The notes beneath the pieces were generated by a model, which was not told the DNA's origin, made no database searches, and saw only the letters and a program-made list of their open reading frames with translations. The position numbers were made by a program, and so were the translations under genes. DNA of 63,466 nucleotides, the filler included, from Reticulomyxa filosa (taxonomy: Eukaryota; Protista; Foraminifera), in NCBI GenBank assembly GCA_000512085.1. It is 25 parts of 25 records of this genome, joined end to end, with 100 filler letters (N's around TTAATTAATTAA, not from the genome) between each part and the next. Parts side by side here need not be neighbours in the genome. Positions count along the whole stretch, not along the records: positions 48,919 to 52,590 come from ASPP01004637.1; positions 52,691 to 56,877 come from ASPP01005715.1; positions 56,978 to 57,977 come from ASPP01037188.1; positions 58,078 to 59,716 come from ASPP01013990.1; positions 59,817 to 61,095 come from ASPP01004726.1; positions 61,196 to 62,257 come from ASPP01023827.1; positions 62,358 to 63,466 come from ASPP01029604.1; 18 more parts are not named here. One strand, given 5' to 3'. The stretch's first letter is position 1, and the number at the start of each line of letters is the position of its first letter. Shown here one piece after another: positions 48,931 to 62,784 of this stretch.

Positions 48931-51069
48931 TTAAACATTTGGAAATTTAGAGCGAATTTGATCTTGGTCATTCCGATTCAAAGTGACACGAGATTGATTG
49001 TCATACTGTTGTTGTTGTGGATTATCATTGTTGACAGTATACTTTTTTTCAAAAACATATTGTACCAAGTGTATCGCTTCGTAATACTCTTCAAAGTGCT
49101 TTCGGGAGATTGATACCGTCACTGATTTTTGCTCTTCTATTTCATAAGGGGCAGGAAACTGACACCATATTTTTTGCGGAAACGTTCGCCGACCTCTGTG
49201 TACGACTTCTAGTCCACTGAGCACCAGCACATACTTCTTACCTCGCCCACTTTTTTATTTTTTATTTCCAATAATGTTCGAGTTATTTTATTCATATGTT
49301 GTTTGATGTCCTCCCCCTCTTGCTCTACAAAGTACTTTAGTGAGAGATAAATACAGAAACAAAAAAGTGCAAACTTTTCATCAAGTTCATTTTGAGGACG
49401 CTGTCGCAATACAGGGCAAGTTAACAAGAATCCGCAATACACGGCGGAGTGATCTGACCCTTTTAATTTTTGGGACACGCATCCGTAATTGTGAGTTCGT
49501 TTGTAAACACGTGACTGCGTACTAAGTATTCCAATGTCATTTTCCGGCCTTAGTTGTCCATCCGTTGTCAGCAATGAATGATACTTTTTTTTTTTTTTTG
49601 ATACGTATACAGATACATACGTATATATACTTAAAAAAACAACATGCAAGCGTCTATTTTTTATTTTTTGTTTGTTTGACTAAAAAAAGGAGGGGGGGGG
49701 GAAAAACATGCATGCACGTACGTACATATGTATATATGTATGTAGATGTAAAGTAGAAAATGCATGTGACAGAACTAGCACACGGTCAGTGAAGGAAGGA
49801 AGTCTGTCTTGAACAGAGCCACCTTTGTAAAACGGGACTTTAAATTTGATGCGATAAACGTTGGCCAATTTTTGTTTGCGTTCGTTCTCTGCTTCGGGAT
49901 TGGCTGCGACTTGCAATGGATCCTCATCAAAATCGTCATCACGATCGGGTCTCTTTTTATACGTCGGATAAAAATCTAATCGCGGAATAGGTTCTCGAAA
50001 TGATGCAAAGGCTTGTCCTTGTCCCATTTCTTCTTTCAGAGTGTCTTTCTTCCAAATCTTGTCCAGTTGTCCCTCGGACATGCACTGCAACACCTATTTT
50101 TTGCAAAAAAAAAAGAATCGAGTAATATTCATTCAAACATTGAATTTTTTTGTAATGAGTAACTTCATCACCAGTCATTCCCTTCAGACGATAATTCAAG
50201 TCTCCAAACCACACGACGTGATGAAATTGTTCCAACAATTGAAAATTGGGTTGTCCCAGTTGAGCGCCCGCTTTTTCCACGATTACTTTGTAATGTTCTC
50301 GTTTTTGCTACAATCCCAATATACACATATACATATACACATACAAATATATGTACATATGAGAAGGAGGCAGCTTTCGTTTGTATAACTTCTGATGCAT
50401 TACAGGACATATGTACGGCGATGAAGCATATGGATACTCCATATACTTTTAATACAATACCTGCACCGCCTTTGGACCCTTCCATCATGCCTGCAGACAC
50501 TGCTCCTGCTCGCTTCAATCGGATCACGTCTTTCTTATCTTTATTTATATATACTGCTATTCCTGTGTATTTTGAATTCAAAAATGAGCCATCTCCGCGT
50601 CCTTCCACACGGTCCTTCTTTGGCGATATTTTAAAGCGCTTTATCTTTTTATCTTTAAAATATGCTGACAATAAATCAAAATATCCGTCATCAATTCCCT
50701 CTTGCACTCCAAATACGTATATCTGTTTTATATATATATATATACAAACAGATATTTCTTCTTTCTTTTTTTTCTCCTGCTCATCATTACTACTCCCTCC
50801 GAATGACGTGGCAGAATAAAACACAAACATAGCCAATAACAATAATATAAAAACAATAAAATAAATTAAAATGATTTGAGGACATCATAGTCAGTAGGGA
50901 CAATGTTTTCCAATTCATTTATTCTCGTTGTATCCACGTGCTTGACACCCTTTTCTGACATCTTCATTGGAAAATGTGATTTTGCCGCCATATTCCAACT
51001 ACAAACCCATATTCGTATCTTTGACTCACGTTTTTCTTCTTGACCATCACTATTTGATTCTTTATTCAT
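48931..51069 (-). CDS. Inositol polyphosphate 5-phosphatase family protein (5+ exons)
   Basis: SWNMA, YD|IYVFGVQE, SKGGAG, ICFIAVHM, VWFGDLNYR, FYPTYK, PSFTDRVL, SDHSAV. Introns 50883-50723, 50389-50308, 50163-50094, 49775-49584. Confidence 0.92.
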
Positions 51070-51959
51070 TATTTTTATTTGTTAGAGTTTTTTAATGTTG
51101 CTCTAGCTCCTTTCGGAACCGGCTTTTCAACTTGACTAACTCCTGTAAGGATTGTTCCATTGCATACACTTTCTACAAGATTAAATTTTAAAGTGTCCAA
51201 TTCTTTACGCCATTTATAAAAATGAAATATAATTCCTTGCTTTATCTTTTTTAGTGCATTTCAAAAAACAAAAATTTAAAACAAATACTCTTTTGTATTC
51301 ATTTTATTACGAGCCTGTCAGATCGTATTTCGAGTCGAACATGGAGAGGCTTATCTTATTTTTGAAATATCAACTAGATTACAAATATACTTTAGAGGAT
51401 GTTCTGCAGAATTGAGAAAATACTATCAAGAATGTACAGATAATTAGTCGCTTGCTTATTTTTGATCAATTAATTGTCATTTGGATTTTGGTGATAAAAA
51501 TAGCCTGAAAAAAATATAACGCAATTCTATGAAGGTATTACTAAATAGGTTTCATTTTTAGTTTTTTTGTTGACAATTCAATTTTAAAAAATAATTTGCA
51601 AACAATAAAACGCTTTTATCACGGATTTGATTTAGCAGTTTTGAGAAGTTTTAGATATCATTGCCTATTACGACAGTGTCAGAAGATATGAAAAGATCGA
51701 TTGTGCATTTCTTAAGTTGGGATTTTAATAATCCCACAAAAGAAAAATGCATTTATTGTTGCTTCATGGAAACTTTTAATCTCTTAAAAAAATTTTTTCC
51801 CTACAAAAATCCACTTATTGAACACGATTTTTTTTGTTCCCCTAGCAAATATTCTGGTGTACCCAAAAAAGGGGGTTTCAAGTCTAAAGAACAAAAAAAA
51901 GCAAGCATCCTTGTAGTACTGTTCATCTCTTATTTATTGATATATACTTCATCTGGAGA

Positions 51960-52546
51960 ATGCAACGCAAACTCGTAATTGACCTTGAAGATTCAAGACC
52001 CTTTACCAAACGTACGTCAGACACAGATTTGAGCGAGATCGAGCCACCGAAGAAAAAGCGGAACACCCGCTGGCGCGACAATACGAACGAGACGAATAAC
52101 AATTTGGCAGAGACTGTGCAAAGCAGCGTATCGAAGAATAGTAGCAGCAACAACAGCACAAATGGCAGCAACTCGAGCATAAGCAGTAATACGACGCAAA
52201 GTGTGCAAACAATGCAGAATAATGGTATCAGCAGCAGCAGTAGTATCAGTAGCAACAGCAACAGTAACAGCAATGGCACTAGTACCATAAATCCTTTCAC
52301 ACGAATGCAATATTCACAAAAATACTATGAGTTATTGAAAAGCCGCAAGCAATTGCCAATTTGGGAACAAAAAAAGGAGTTTTTAACCATATTCCAGAAA
52401 AATCGCATAACGATATTGGTAGGAGAGACGGGAAGTGGAAAGACGACGCAAATTCCGCAATTTCTGATTGAATCTGGTTACACCAGTTCTTCCAAAATGA
52501 TTGCTTGCACCCAGCCTAGGCGTGTTGCGGCGATGTCGGTTGCCAG
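51960..52546 (+). CDS. DHX15: DEAH-box helicase Prp43/DHX15, first exon
   Basis: [52 protein letters not shown]. Confidence 0.88.
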
Positions 52547-52549
52547 GTC

Positions 52550-52590
<41 letters not shown>

Positions 52591-52795
52591 NNNNNNNNNN
52601 NNNNNNNNNNNNNNNNNNNNNNNNNNNNNNNNNNTTAATTAATTAANNNNNNNNNNNNNNNNNNNNNNNNNNNNNNNNNNNNNNNNNNNNAAAAAAAAAA
52701 AATTTTTATAAAAAAAAAAAAAAAAAAAAAAAAATTAAAGACCCTTTGGGAATTGTATACGTAGCCAACAGAGAAAGAAAAAAAAAAAACTCAAC

Positions 52796-53527
52796 ATCAT
52801 AGGTAAGATAAAAATTCCAAGCAATTTGCATAATGTCGACAATAATACTGATCGCTCCCAAATTGATAAATTTACTTGCAATGCCAATAAATTCTATACT
52901 TGATGTGCTCAACACTTCACCCTTTTGCTTGTCGGCGTCAGATTGCACTCTTTGTCGCACCTTGTCAGCGATACGGACAAGGTTCTTCACGAACACCGAC
53001 AACACAAATATTTGCATCAAACAATCACCTTGGTAATACGTACACAATATCCACGCTCCGGTTATTTGATTGTGATTGCTGTTACTCCAGAACGAAAAAC
53101 AACGAAAGATGATCCCTGTACTCAGCAATGCACTACCAACAGATGCTAGTAACAATACACTTATTTTTATCGCTGGTGAATAGTCGAAAACGGTTTCTCG
53201 GAATGATACGTGGATACGTGACACCCACAATATGTACAAAGACAAACGTGCTACAACATAACACACGTATGCGATAATTGAAACGATCTCATTATGACGA
53301 TGATAATTATTTGCCACTAATATCACCTGCCCACAAAATATACAGATAAGCGTAAACAGGTATCCGAAAATCGTAAAAAACGCTGGGAGCAGTATTAAAA
53401 ATGATATTTCTTTCATTGGGATTTTGCACAAGGATCGGAGGAGTAATATCACAGTTATACATAAGCATATACTAGACGTTATCACACCAAAGGAAGCTCC
53501 AATCTCTTCACTTCCCGAACTATGCAT
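52796..53527 (-). CDS. 7TM/GPCR-like membrane protein, first exon
   Basis: Six hydrophobic helices with Y..ARLSLY..W..RI..SF..T.F.YS after TM3. The contig ends in an intron. Confidence 0.65.
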
Positions 53528-53810
53528 TTGAAAATTACTATTGGATTTCTTCACAAAACGCCCAAAGAAATACAAATTTTCGAGGTTCCAACGAGATTCT
53601 TTGCTAGGATTTTCACCCTTTTCCTGCGAAAACGTCGTCTCAAAATCTTTTTCTTTCTATTTACGTGTTAATACTCTATACAATCAACTGAGAATTAGCT
53701 ACGTGTTTCCTTGCGCCTTTTCGGACACTTTTTGGAAAAGGGACTAAAAGAACCAAAATTTTTTATATATAATATATAATCCACGTATAGATTATCATAA
53801 AAAAAAAGAA

Positions 53811-54810
53811 ATGTCCAAATTGACAAAAGTTTCAAATGGGCCTGGTGTCTCGTTACCAAAAGATATAGATGAGTGGTTGGCTTTGGCGAAAGAGTCAGCA
53901 ATAAGCGCAGGAAAGCTGATAAAGCAATATATTGACGACCGAAACTTTAAGAAAGCGTCAGTGAATTATAAGTCGAATACAGCGGACTTGGTGACAGCAG
54001 TGGATGTAAAATGTGAGGCATTGATAACGGAAAAAATAAAATCGAGATTTCCAACTCATCAAATAATTGGAGAGGAATCACAAGAGGACCCAACAAAATA
54101 CAACATAACGGACGAGCCGACATGGTTCATCGATCCCATCGACGGTACAACCAATTTCATGCACGGATTGCCACATGTTTGTGTGAGCATCGGTTTGAAG
54201 ATCCGGAAAGTGTCAGTTTTGGGCGTCGTGCACCTACCAGTCTTAAACGACACCTACACTGCCATCTTAGGTAAGGGGAGCTACTTGAATGACAAAGTTC
54301 GACTTCGCGTGTCTGATGTTACCACACTTACGTCTGCACTTTTGTTGACAGGTTTGTCTTTAAATGGTATACGTTTATACATACATATAATTTTCCAAAC
54401 AAGAGGCCCCTTTTTGCAAAATTTTTTTTTTTTTTTTTTTTTAAAAAAAAGAATATGGGTACGATCGGACCACCAAAGGTGTGCAAGGTCAATTGGACAA
54501 AGTGCAAAAGCTATTGCTCAGCAAGGTGCAAGGGATTCGATCCCTTGGCTCTTGCGCCATAAATATGTGTCAGGTGGCGGCTGGACGAGCGGACTTGTAT
54601 TACGAGGGTAGAAACGAACAATATGGACCCAAACCTTGGGATGTCGTTGCCAGTGAAGTCATTGCCCAAGAAGCTGGTGCACTTGTTCTTTTGCCTGAAG
54701 GTGATACTTTTGACTGTACTAAAGGTAGGGTATTGTGTGTCAATGGCACCAAACTTAGAGATGAATTTTTAAATTTGCAGCTGTATGCAAAATCAGGCTC
54801 AATGCTTTAA
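53811..54810 (+). CDS. IMPA1: Inositol monophosphatase (exons 53811-54351 and 54452-54810)
   Basis: DLVTAVD, IIGEE, WFIDPIDGTTNF, RSLGSCAINMC, KPWDVVA. The intron joins TE|YGYDR. Confidence 0.93.
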
Positions 54811-56836
54811 AATTTGCTTGGTTTTTTTCATTTCGCTTTCTGTTTTAGTAAACCTTTTTTTATACAAATATTTGTCAATTGGTTTTCAAAGTTACTGGTT
54901 TATTCTAACTTGAACGAATCATGAAGTAGTCTCATGAACCAGTTTGCGCAGTCCTTGTAAAAAAGGAAAAAAAAATTAAAATTTTAACACCATTCGCTGT
55001 CGTAAAGGTTTTTTGGAAAAGTTACTCATTTGAAGGGATTTGTGTAATTCAAGCAAGTCACTTCGACATCTATCAAGATTTGAAGCTCATTTTGAGTTTA
55101 AGTGACAAAAGTAATTCGAAAATTCAAGTTGAAATTTCTCTGGAAAAGCGCAGAAATTATTGGAGAGATGAAACAGAGCAAACGTCGCTTGTGAAAAGTG
55201 CAAAACTGAAAGTAGAAACTGTCAGAAAAACATAAAATAATGTTCCAATTGACACGACAAAAAGCTTGTATCATTTAAGTCAATCATTGGCCAAAAGTGA
55301 ATGAAAAATCAAAAATATTATAGCATAGGTAAGCATAACTTTGAAATAAAAATGAAAAAATAAAATTGTAAAAAATAACTTTCATTCATTTGAAAAGAAA
55401 AAAAGGAATTTCAATTTGATGATGCTACAATTTGGAAGATAAACATTGAACATAATTGAATTTTTTTTTAGAAAAACAAAACATATTGTAATCACATTAG
55501 TTTATAGAAAGACATTGCGATCAACGACATAAGTATTAAAATTATTTAGTAAATATACGAAAACAATTTTAACAAAAGTGAATGTAAACACATTATTATA
55601 AATATTTATTATGCACATTTTGATAACAAAGTATCATTGAATAGTCATTAAATAATATTAAAACAAGATTCAATCAATTACACATTCTTATTGAATCAGA
55701 AATAAAAAATTGAAAATTTGACAAGAAAATAAAAAAAATAAAATGATGTTTATAAAATACAATGTATGCAAATGAACAAAAACAAGAAGGATAATGAAAT
55801 CACAAATCGGCGACTCAAGAATGTCTACGAATGAAAGTAAAAAAGATATTATGTAAGCTGAAAGATATTAAATATAATCTTGACAAATATAAATTTAAAT
55901 ATCTTGAAATAGTAAATGTGATACTTTCCACGTCAAAAGATTTGAAAAAAGAATTTCAAAACAATGAAATTATAATTGGATACATGATGGCAACATATGA
56001 CATTTTCGACATATATATTATCAGTAAATAAATGTACAATACAATATCATAAGATAATGAGCAATTTAATTTAGAATTAATGCTATATCTGATTGAAACT
56101 GTTCATACGAGTACAAAACTTTTTGCAATGATTGAAGCAGCTAACGTTTCTGAATTTGGACAACCTTAAATGTATTAATTATCTTCAAAACTACTCTTAG
56201 AACTTTGAAAGTCACATAACTACTTTGCTCATCATCATTGCCTGATAAAGTGGTTTAACATAAACAACTAATTATTGTTTGTACTTTAATATTCATACAC
56301 TATAAGTTACTTACGTTTCATGATAAAAATTTAGTTTGTCAAGAAAACTTGAAGAAAACTCGAAACAATAGTGGTTAATTCGCATGCACATTTTGCCAGC
56401 GAAGTTATCATATATTGTTCAATGTTTTCCTTGGCAAACTAAATTTAAATATGCTTGATTGTTTTTTTAGCATGTTATTAGCTATGTCAATACAATCACG
56501 ACATAAACTATGAGAAAAATGCATATTGATTTGCAAATGATATACTTGTCAATATCATACATTTGTGCTTTTAAGTTGACATACATCAAGTGAATATAGA
56601 CAATCAATAATTCTGGAACAAACCACGAGTCGAGTCAATTCTCCATTCCAGAAATGTATTGAACTAACTGCATTCAAATATTGAATTCACTGACAACATT
56701 ACATCTATAATGTTTACAGATTTAAGCAAAGAATATTAACTAAGAATTTGAGTGTCACTATTAGTTATTAAGGCCAATCTAATCCACAATAGAATAACAA
56801 CAACCGAAGCAATTAGACAAATAATTGAATACGTAC

Positions 56837-56877
56837 TACAGTATGTTGCAAAGAAAACTGAACGCATAAAACATATC
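56837..56877 (-). mobile_element. High-copy repeat terminus, subfamily A, inverted, at contig end
   Basis: TA-CAGTATGTTGCAAAGAAAACTGAACGCATAAAAC is the reverse complement of the 22221 copy. Confidence 0.85.
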
Positions 56878-56987
56878 NNNNNNNNNNNNNNNNNNNNNNN
56901 NNNNNNNNNNNNNNNNNNNNNTTAATTAATTAANNNNNNNNNNNNNNNNNNNNNNNNNNNNNNNNNNNNNNNNNNNNAAATATTTTA

Positions 56988-57977
56988 ATGATTGAAATGA
57001 TTTTACTCATTTTCGAAGACTTGATTCGAGGTTATATTCGATTGTTAAGTCTCTGCGATAGCCAAATAACTCAATCAATTGCGAGACAATCCTCTGATGT
57101 GAAACATACCCCGCGGATTCAATTGATAAATGTAGCACTGACATTATCCAAATATTTTTTGTGGAATCCATCCCAACAAAATGACGTGGGCTTTCCTCAC
57201 AAAATTCGTCTGGCATATGGTGCTTTGCCAGAAATTGCGATTTTTCTACGGGAAATATGTTCAAAAGAGAAAGAATATCAAGAATTTTTATCTGTGTATC
57301 GACAAATTCAGATGAAACATCTTGGACTCAAACACTTTTGGACAATTGATTGTTATTCAATTTCACCCAACGAGAATCTTGCTACACATACGTTGTCCTT
57401 AGCAAAGCAAGGATTTGCAACAGAGAACGCGCTTATTGATATTATAGATTTGATTATTAATAGTTATTCTGTTTCTGTTTCATTGATACGAAAAGCCATA
57501 TATTTCATTCGAGACTTGTTGTACACTGTACAACAAGTAGAAAATTTTAACGAGCAAACACTCCAACTGATGTTTGAAAAAGTAACTAGTCACATTTTAT
57601 GTAAAATTGACAAATTACCTAATGAATGTCCTAAAAATGTGTGGAGATTTCAGGCATTGGAAAACATTATTGTGACTACATCGTCGCAGCAACAGCTTCT
57701 CGAAAAACATTGCAAAACAAATGTTGAAATAAATCGTATGTTTGAAAAAATGTTTATGAATTCAAAAACGTTGGAATTGGATGACGTGCGTAACTCAAGT
57801 GAATATGAGAAAAATAGAATCACTTCAAAACTTAAAGTACAATTAACAAAGCACATTTATTTCTTATGTGAAAATGCGGCAATAACAACTGGAGAGCTCT
57901 CCACGTGTGACGTATTTAAATCAACTTTGGATAAAATTAGTGATGGGCTATCGTATTTCAAAAGCAAGAAAATCCAA
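56988..57977 (+). CDS. Hypothetical protein fragment
   Basis: About 330 open codons in AT-rich DNA. No family recognised. Confidence 0.6.
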
Positions 57978-58077
57978 NNNNNNNNNNNNNNNNNNNNNNN
58001 NNNNNNNNNNNNNNNNNNNNNTTAATTAATTAANNNNNNNNNNNNNNNNNNNNNNNNNNNNNNNNNNNNNNNNNNNN

Positions 58078-59716
58078 TGATTATACGTTTCCGCTGTCCA
58101 TGTCTTTTTTTTTAAAAAAAAAAAAAAAAAGCATAAATATTAAATTTTTGTTATTGTTTGTCAATTGATATTGAGATAGAAGGGAGATTAGGACAAATGA
58201 ACAAAACAAACCTGCACGTGGAGTATGTACTACCCATCGGTACATTTATGTATTTTTTCATTTCCAGTGCTACCATATGATTGATTTCTTCCAATTACGA
58301 AGTTCATCCGATATCGCCGTCTTTGTAATGAGGGACATACTTTGACGTTGGATAATACTCGTTATTGGAAACGTTATCATCGACAAAGTGTAGTTCCAAC
58401 CTGCAATCCAAACACAAGTCGATTTTTCCTCACATTTTGAGCATTAAAAAATCAGTTTTGTGTGGTAAATTTGCTCCCATGATGATAGCAGTGGTCACAC
58501 ACCATGCCAACGCCTTTGTAAGCCCAGGAGGGTTTCGCGACTTCAAAAACTAGCTTTCACATTTTAGACATCGTTGTTTCAAATATTGGCGGCTCGGGTC
58601 ATCATTGCGGCGATGTTTTACTTCTTTCACAAATAATCCTCGCTTTGGTGGACAAGTAAAATACATATTTCTTTGTGCACGCCATTGCACTTGCTTCATT
58701 TATCGTGTAACTCCACATCTATATGCTCGTCTGTCGCGAAATGCGTGATATCGATGAAACGGATCGTGGCCACTATGCCATTGATCAATCACACGATCTC
58801 GTCTAATTGTCTTTTTCTTCGATTCTCACAATTTTGAGACTATTTCGAGTTGCGTTGTTGCAATGCTGAAGTTATACTATTTCTGTGCTTCACGCTAAAG
58901 CGTGTTGTTCGTCCCGCTTCGGCGTTTATTGATTCTTCGGTCCACATGTTGACTTCGATACCATATATTTCTCTTTCGTTCGTATCTCCAATTTATTTTA
59001 TGTGTCCATGACAATTTCACTCGGTCTCTTACACTGTATTTTGAACGTCGTCGTCTCGTCGATTGCCATTTTGATTATACGTTTCCGCTGTCCATGCTTT
59101 TTTTTTAAAAAAAATAGCATAAATATTGAATTTTTGTTATTGTTTGCCAATTGATATTGAGATAGAATGAAGATTAGGACAAATGAACAAACAAATATCG
59201 CACAATAAAAACAAGACAAAAAAACACCTGAAGTAGCGGTATTGGTCGTACACGCCATCATGAGTACCAGAAGTCCATGCGTCTATAAAGAAAACACAAC
59301 ATAGCGTTACATATTTTAAAAAAATTGATTCTAAAAAAACAAACATAATTGAGTACTAATAACTTCACTATCGGCAAAAGGAGGATAACCAATATATTTG
59401 ATGACACCTGTCGCCCCTCCATTGACGAAAATTATGCGACTGTCGGGCTTTAATGATTCAAATTTAAAGGTTGTATTGGAGGTTTTCGGGTCCAGTTGCT
59501 TCACCAAAGGGATTACTACTTGAGAAATAGAGCCTTTTCTTGCGAAATGGTCACGACATACATTGGCCTCAACATATTTTTTTCCTTGAACTGTGTTATT
59601 GTGCTGTAAGGGTTCAATGTAACCAACTCCAAATCAATGATATCTCCTTTCATTAAATCGATTTCTCCGATTTATTTCACCACTACTGCTTTCCTTCGAA
59701 ATAATTTCATGTAGTC
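58078..59716 (-). pseudogene. CAP-Gly repeat protein pseudogene
   Basis: VVK*IGEIDLMKGDIIDLEL..HNNTVQGKKY; TGVIKYIGYPPFADSEVI; DAWTSGTHDGVYDQYRYFRC. Stops and frameshifts present. Confidence 0.7.
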
Positions 59717-62700
59717 NNNNNNNNNNNNNNNNNNNNNNNNNNNNNNNNNNNNNNNNNNNNTTAATTAATTAANNNNNNNNNNNNNNNNNNNNNNNNNNNN
59801 NNNNNNNNNNNNNNNNTTACTGGTCCATTTAGCATGATACCAATACCACAACGAGTAATAAACTTGATATGAAATGTTTATATATTTTTATCTTACTTTA
59901 AAAAAATAATTTTCAAAAATTCATTCATAATCGCAATCATCAACTAATAAATCATTCATATCCGTTATTCCACGTGAGGAAGTCTCAGAATTTCCAGAAC
60001 ACCTCATTTCCAACATTACTCGAAGGGGGCTATCACTATATCAAACAAAATAAAGTGAACGAAAACATCAATTTTCGATATAATTACGTTCATTTGTTAA
60101 ATTACAAAAAAAAATTTGTAAAAATGATATATTTTACTTTCAATCGTACTTATTGATTATTTTTTATTGTTTTTTTCCTATTTTTAAAATTTTTTTTAAA
60201 TTCAAGACTAAAATGCAGATTTTGTTGCGAAAGGACCTCATATGTACTGACAAATGTCTTCACAATCAAGGCATTGGTTGACAACATTGACATTGATCGC
60301 ACTCGCAAGTACTCATTCACAAGCACATTAATCGTATCACGATATTTTATTTGTAGACACAAGATAATGCACTGAACATGCATATAGTTCATTGATTGTG
60401 CATAACTCTGGTGTTACAAAATAAAAGATTCAATTGAACTTTATTGTACAAATGGAACAACTATACATTAATCACCAAAACTCTTTTGATACAGTGTACA
60501 TATAAAGAGACTAGTGGACAATCACTTGACAGTTTATGTTTGTAATATATATGAAAGAACAAATCCATTGTTCTAATTATGTGTATACACAACATATTCA
60601 AAATTTGACTCAACAAAAACATTTCAAAAAATAAAAAGGTGAAAAATTAGTAACTTTGAAAGTAATCAAAGTTTCTATAGAACACCAAATTACACAAACT
60701 CGAATTTCTTTATGTCGGTGCATCATATAGCAGCAAATGAAAAACAGATATAAGAATATATACAAAAAATTTTTTGTTTGAATATACGTATAAACAAAAA
60801 CACATATGCCAAAAAAAAGAAAAACAAACTTGAAATAAAATTTCTTCGCAATTACATCTTCGATTCTTTGGCAATGATAGTCCACCTTTTAAATTGGCGG
60901 AAATATATTTCAACTAGATTCCAAAATCTTCCGCTGATGTAAGCGCGCAGTGGATAGCAACGATATAATCATTCAAAGCAATCCTTTTTGCCGTATTTGG
61001 TCAACTGTTTGATACTTGCCAAAAAAATAGCTTTAAAAGATTTCTTCGTAATCGAGATTATGAACTACAAACACATTCATATCCTTTGCTCCACGNNNNN
61101 NNNNNNNNNNNNNNNNNNNNNNNNNNNNNNNNNNNNNNNTTAATTAATTAANNNNNNNNNNNNNNNNNNNNNNNNNNNNNNNNNNNNNNNNNNNNGGGGG
61201 GGCTGTGGTCTGACCCTTTTTTTTTGAGAAAACAAACAATACTTTACATTGACATTTTTTATTTGGTTAAACATAATTTAAGTAACGAAAATTGAAATGT
61301 GTGAAAGATTGAATTATTATTATATCGAAAACTTTAAATGAAAAAGTAATACTATTTGTTAAACGCTGTTATTTATCAATCAAGACTGAGATTGTGACAG
61401 TCTTTGAATAATGAAAATATCGGAAACATGGATGTTGTATTTTTAAAAAACCCAAAAAAAATTAGTTATTAAGAACCTTGAAATGATTTATACTTGTGTG
61501 TAACTGTACAAAATCATTGTCTTTTTTTTTTTTTTTAGTGAAATTTAAAAAAAAAGATAGTTCTATGGTATTTTTATCCTTTCATTTCTTTGTATTATGA
61601 AATGATTGGAGTTTTTAATGGTGTAAAACTTTTTGTAAAGTTATGCAACTTGTAAATCCCTGTGTTCAATCAACATTGCAAAAAACTTTGTCAATTATCT
61701 ATTGTTTATTTTATTTGAATTCATGCAAATGTGTCTTTGAAAAACATCAAATCCAGGTTAAAATAGATTTCATCTTGATCAAAACAATTATTCGTAATAT
61801 ATACAATCAAATGCATTTCTTACATATTTTGACTCGTACTTCCATTAATTGTAGCGATTCCAAAAAAAATATTGTTTTTTTATGAATTAAATAAAATTAG
61901 ATTAAATTTGTTTCTTTCAACAAAGTTATACTCCTGCATTCCAATGCATAGCTTAAAACATTTGAATCGCAACAAGTTCCATTTAGAGACCTAAAAAAAA
62001 ATGACACTACTATAAGAATGACAAACTTTTTGTTCAGAACCTCCATAAATAAGGAGTTTGTGTTTGTGTAGCACATTGAAAATTATAAAGTAAAAAATGG
62101 GCAACCTCTTCAAAGTTTGAACTGCTCATGTTAATCAACTATGAAGTAGTTTACTAAAAAAAAACAAAAATTATGATGTTCTTCTATTATCATTATTTGC
62201 ACAAGTTTCTTTGTTTATAATAGAATAAATATTGAAAAAATATCAATTCCATTTATANNNNNNNNNNNNNNNNNNNNNNNNNNNNNNNNNNNNNNNNNNN
62301 NTTAATTAATTAANNNNNNNNNNNNNNNNNNNNNNNNNNNNNNNNNNNNNNNNNNNNGGAAAAAATTTTAAAAAATTGTTTCCACCTTTTATTCTTTTTT
62401 TTTTTATCACAATACAGTATTTTACCAAATTGTTCCTTAAAACAACTCAAATTTTGCATAAATCAAAAATCAAAAATTCTACACCAAAAACAAAACATCA
62501 AAACACATTAAAATTTAAACTTACATTCAGTCAAAAAAAAGTTTTTCAAAAAAGGTTTAATGTGTAAATTGAATATGAACAACGTAATACAATTTAATTA
62601 TATAAACTAATTTAGCAATAGCATTTATGATATAACGTATATTATTAAACATTTTTTCTTTCATTTACTTAAATTTAATATCATAGCTACAAATATCAAA

Positions 62701-62784
62701 CTAATTTATTTTATCCAAACAAAATATCTTTGTAACGTGAAATGAATTTTAAAACTTCATTCAAAAGAACGACTTGAAAAGATA

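Noticed and set aside
48931-54810. Inositol metabolism cluster (INPP5 plus IMPase)
   Set aside because: The genes are on different contigs separated by the spacer at 52591-52690.
55400-56836. Decayed retroelement ORF
   Set aside because: A-rich coding-like bias, but I could not assign any motif with confidence.
60200-61095. PDZ-domain pseudogene (IALNDYIVAIH-like peptides, minus strand)
   Set aside because: Only short, ambiguous motif fragments.
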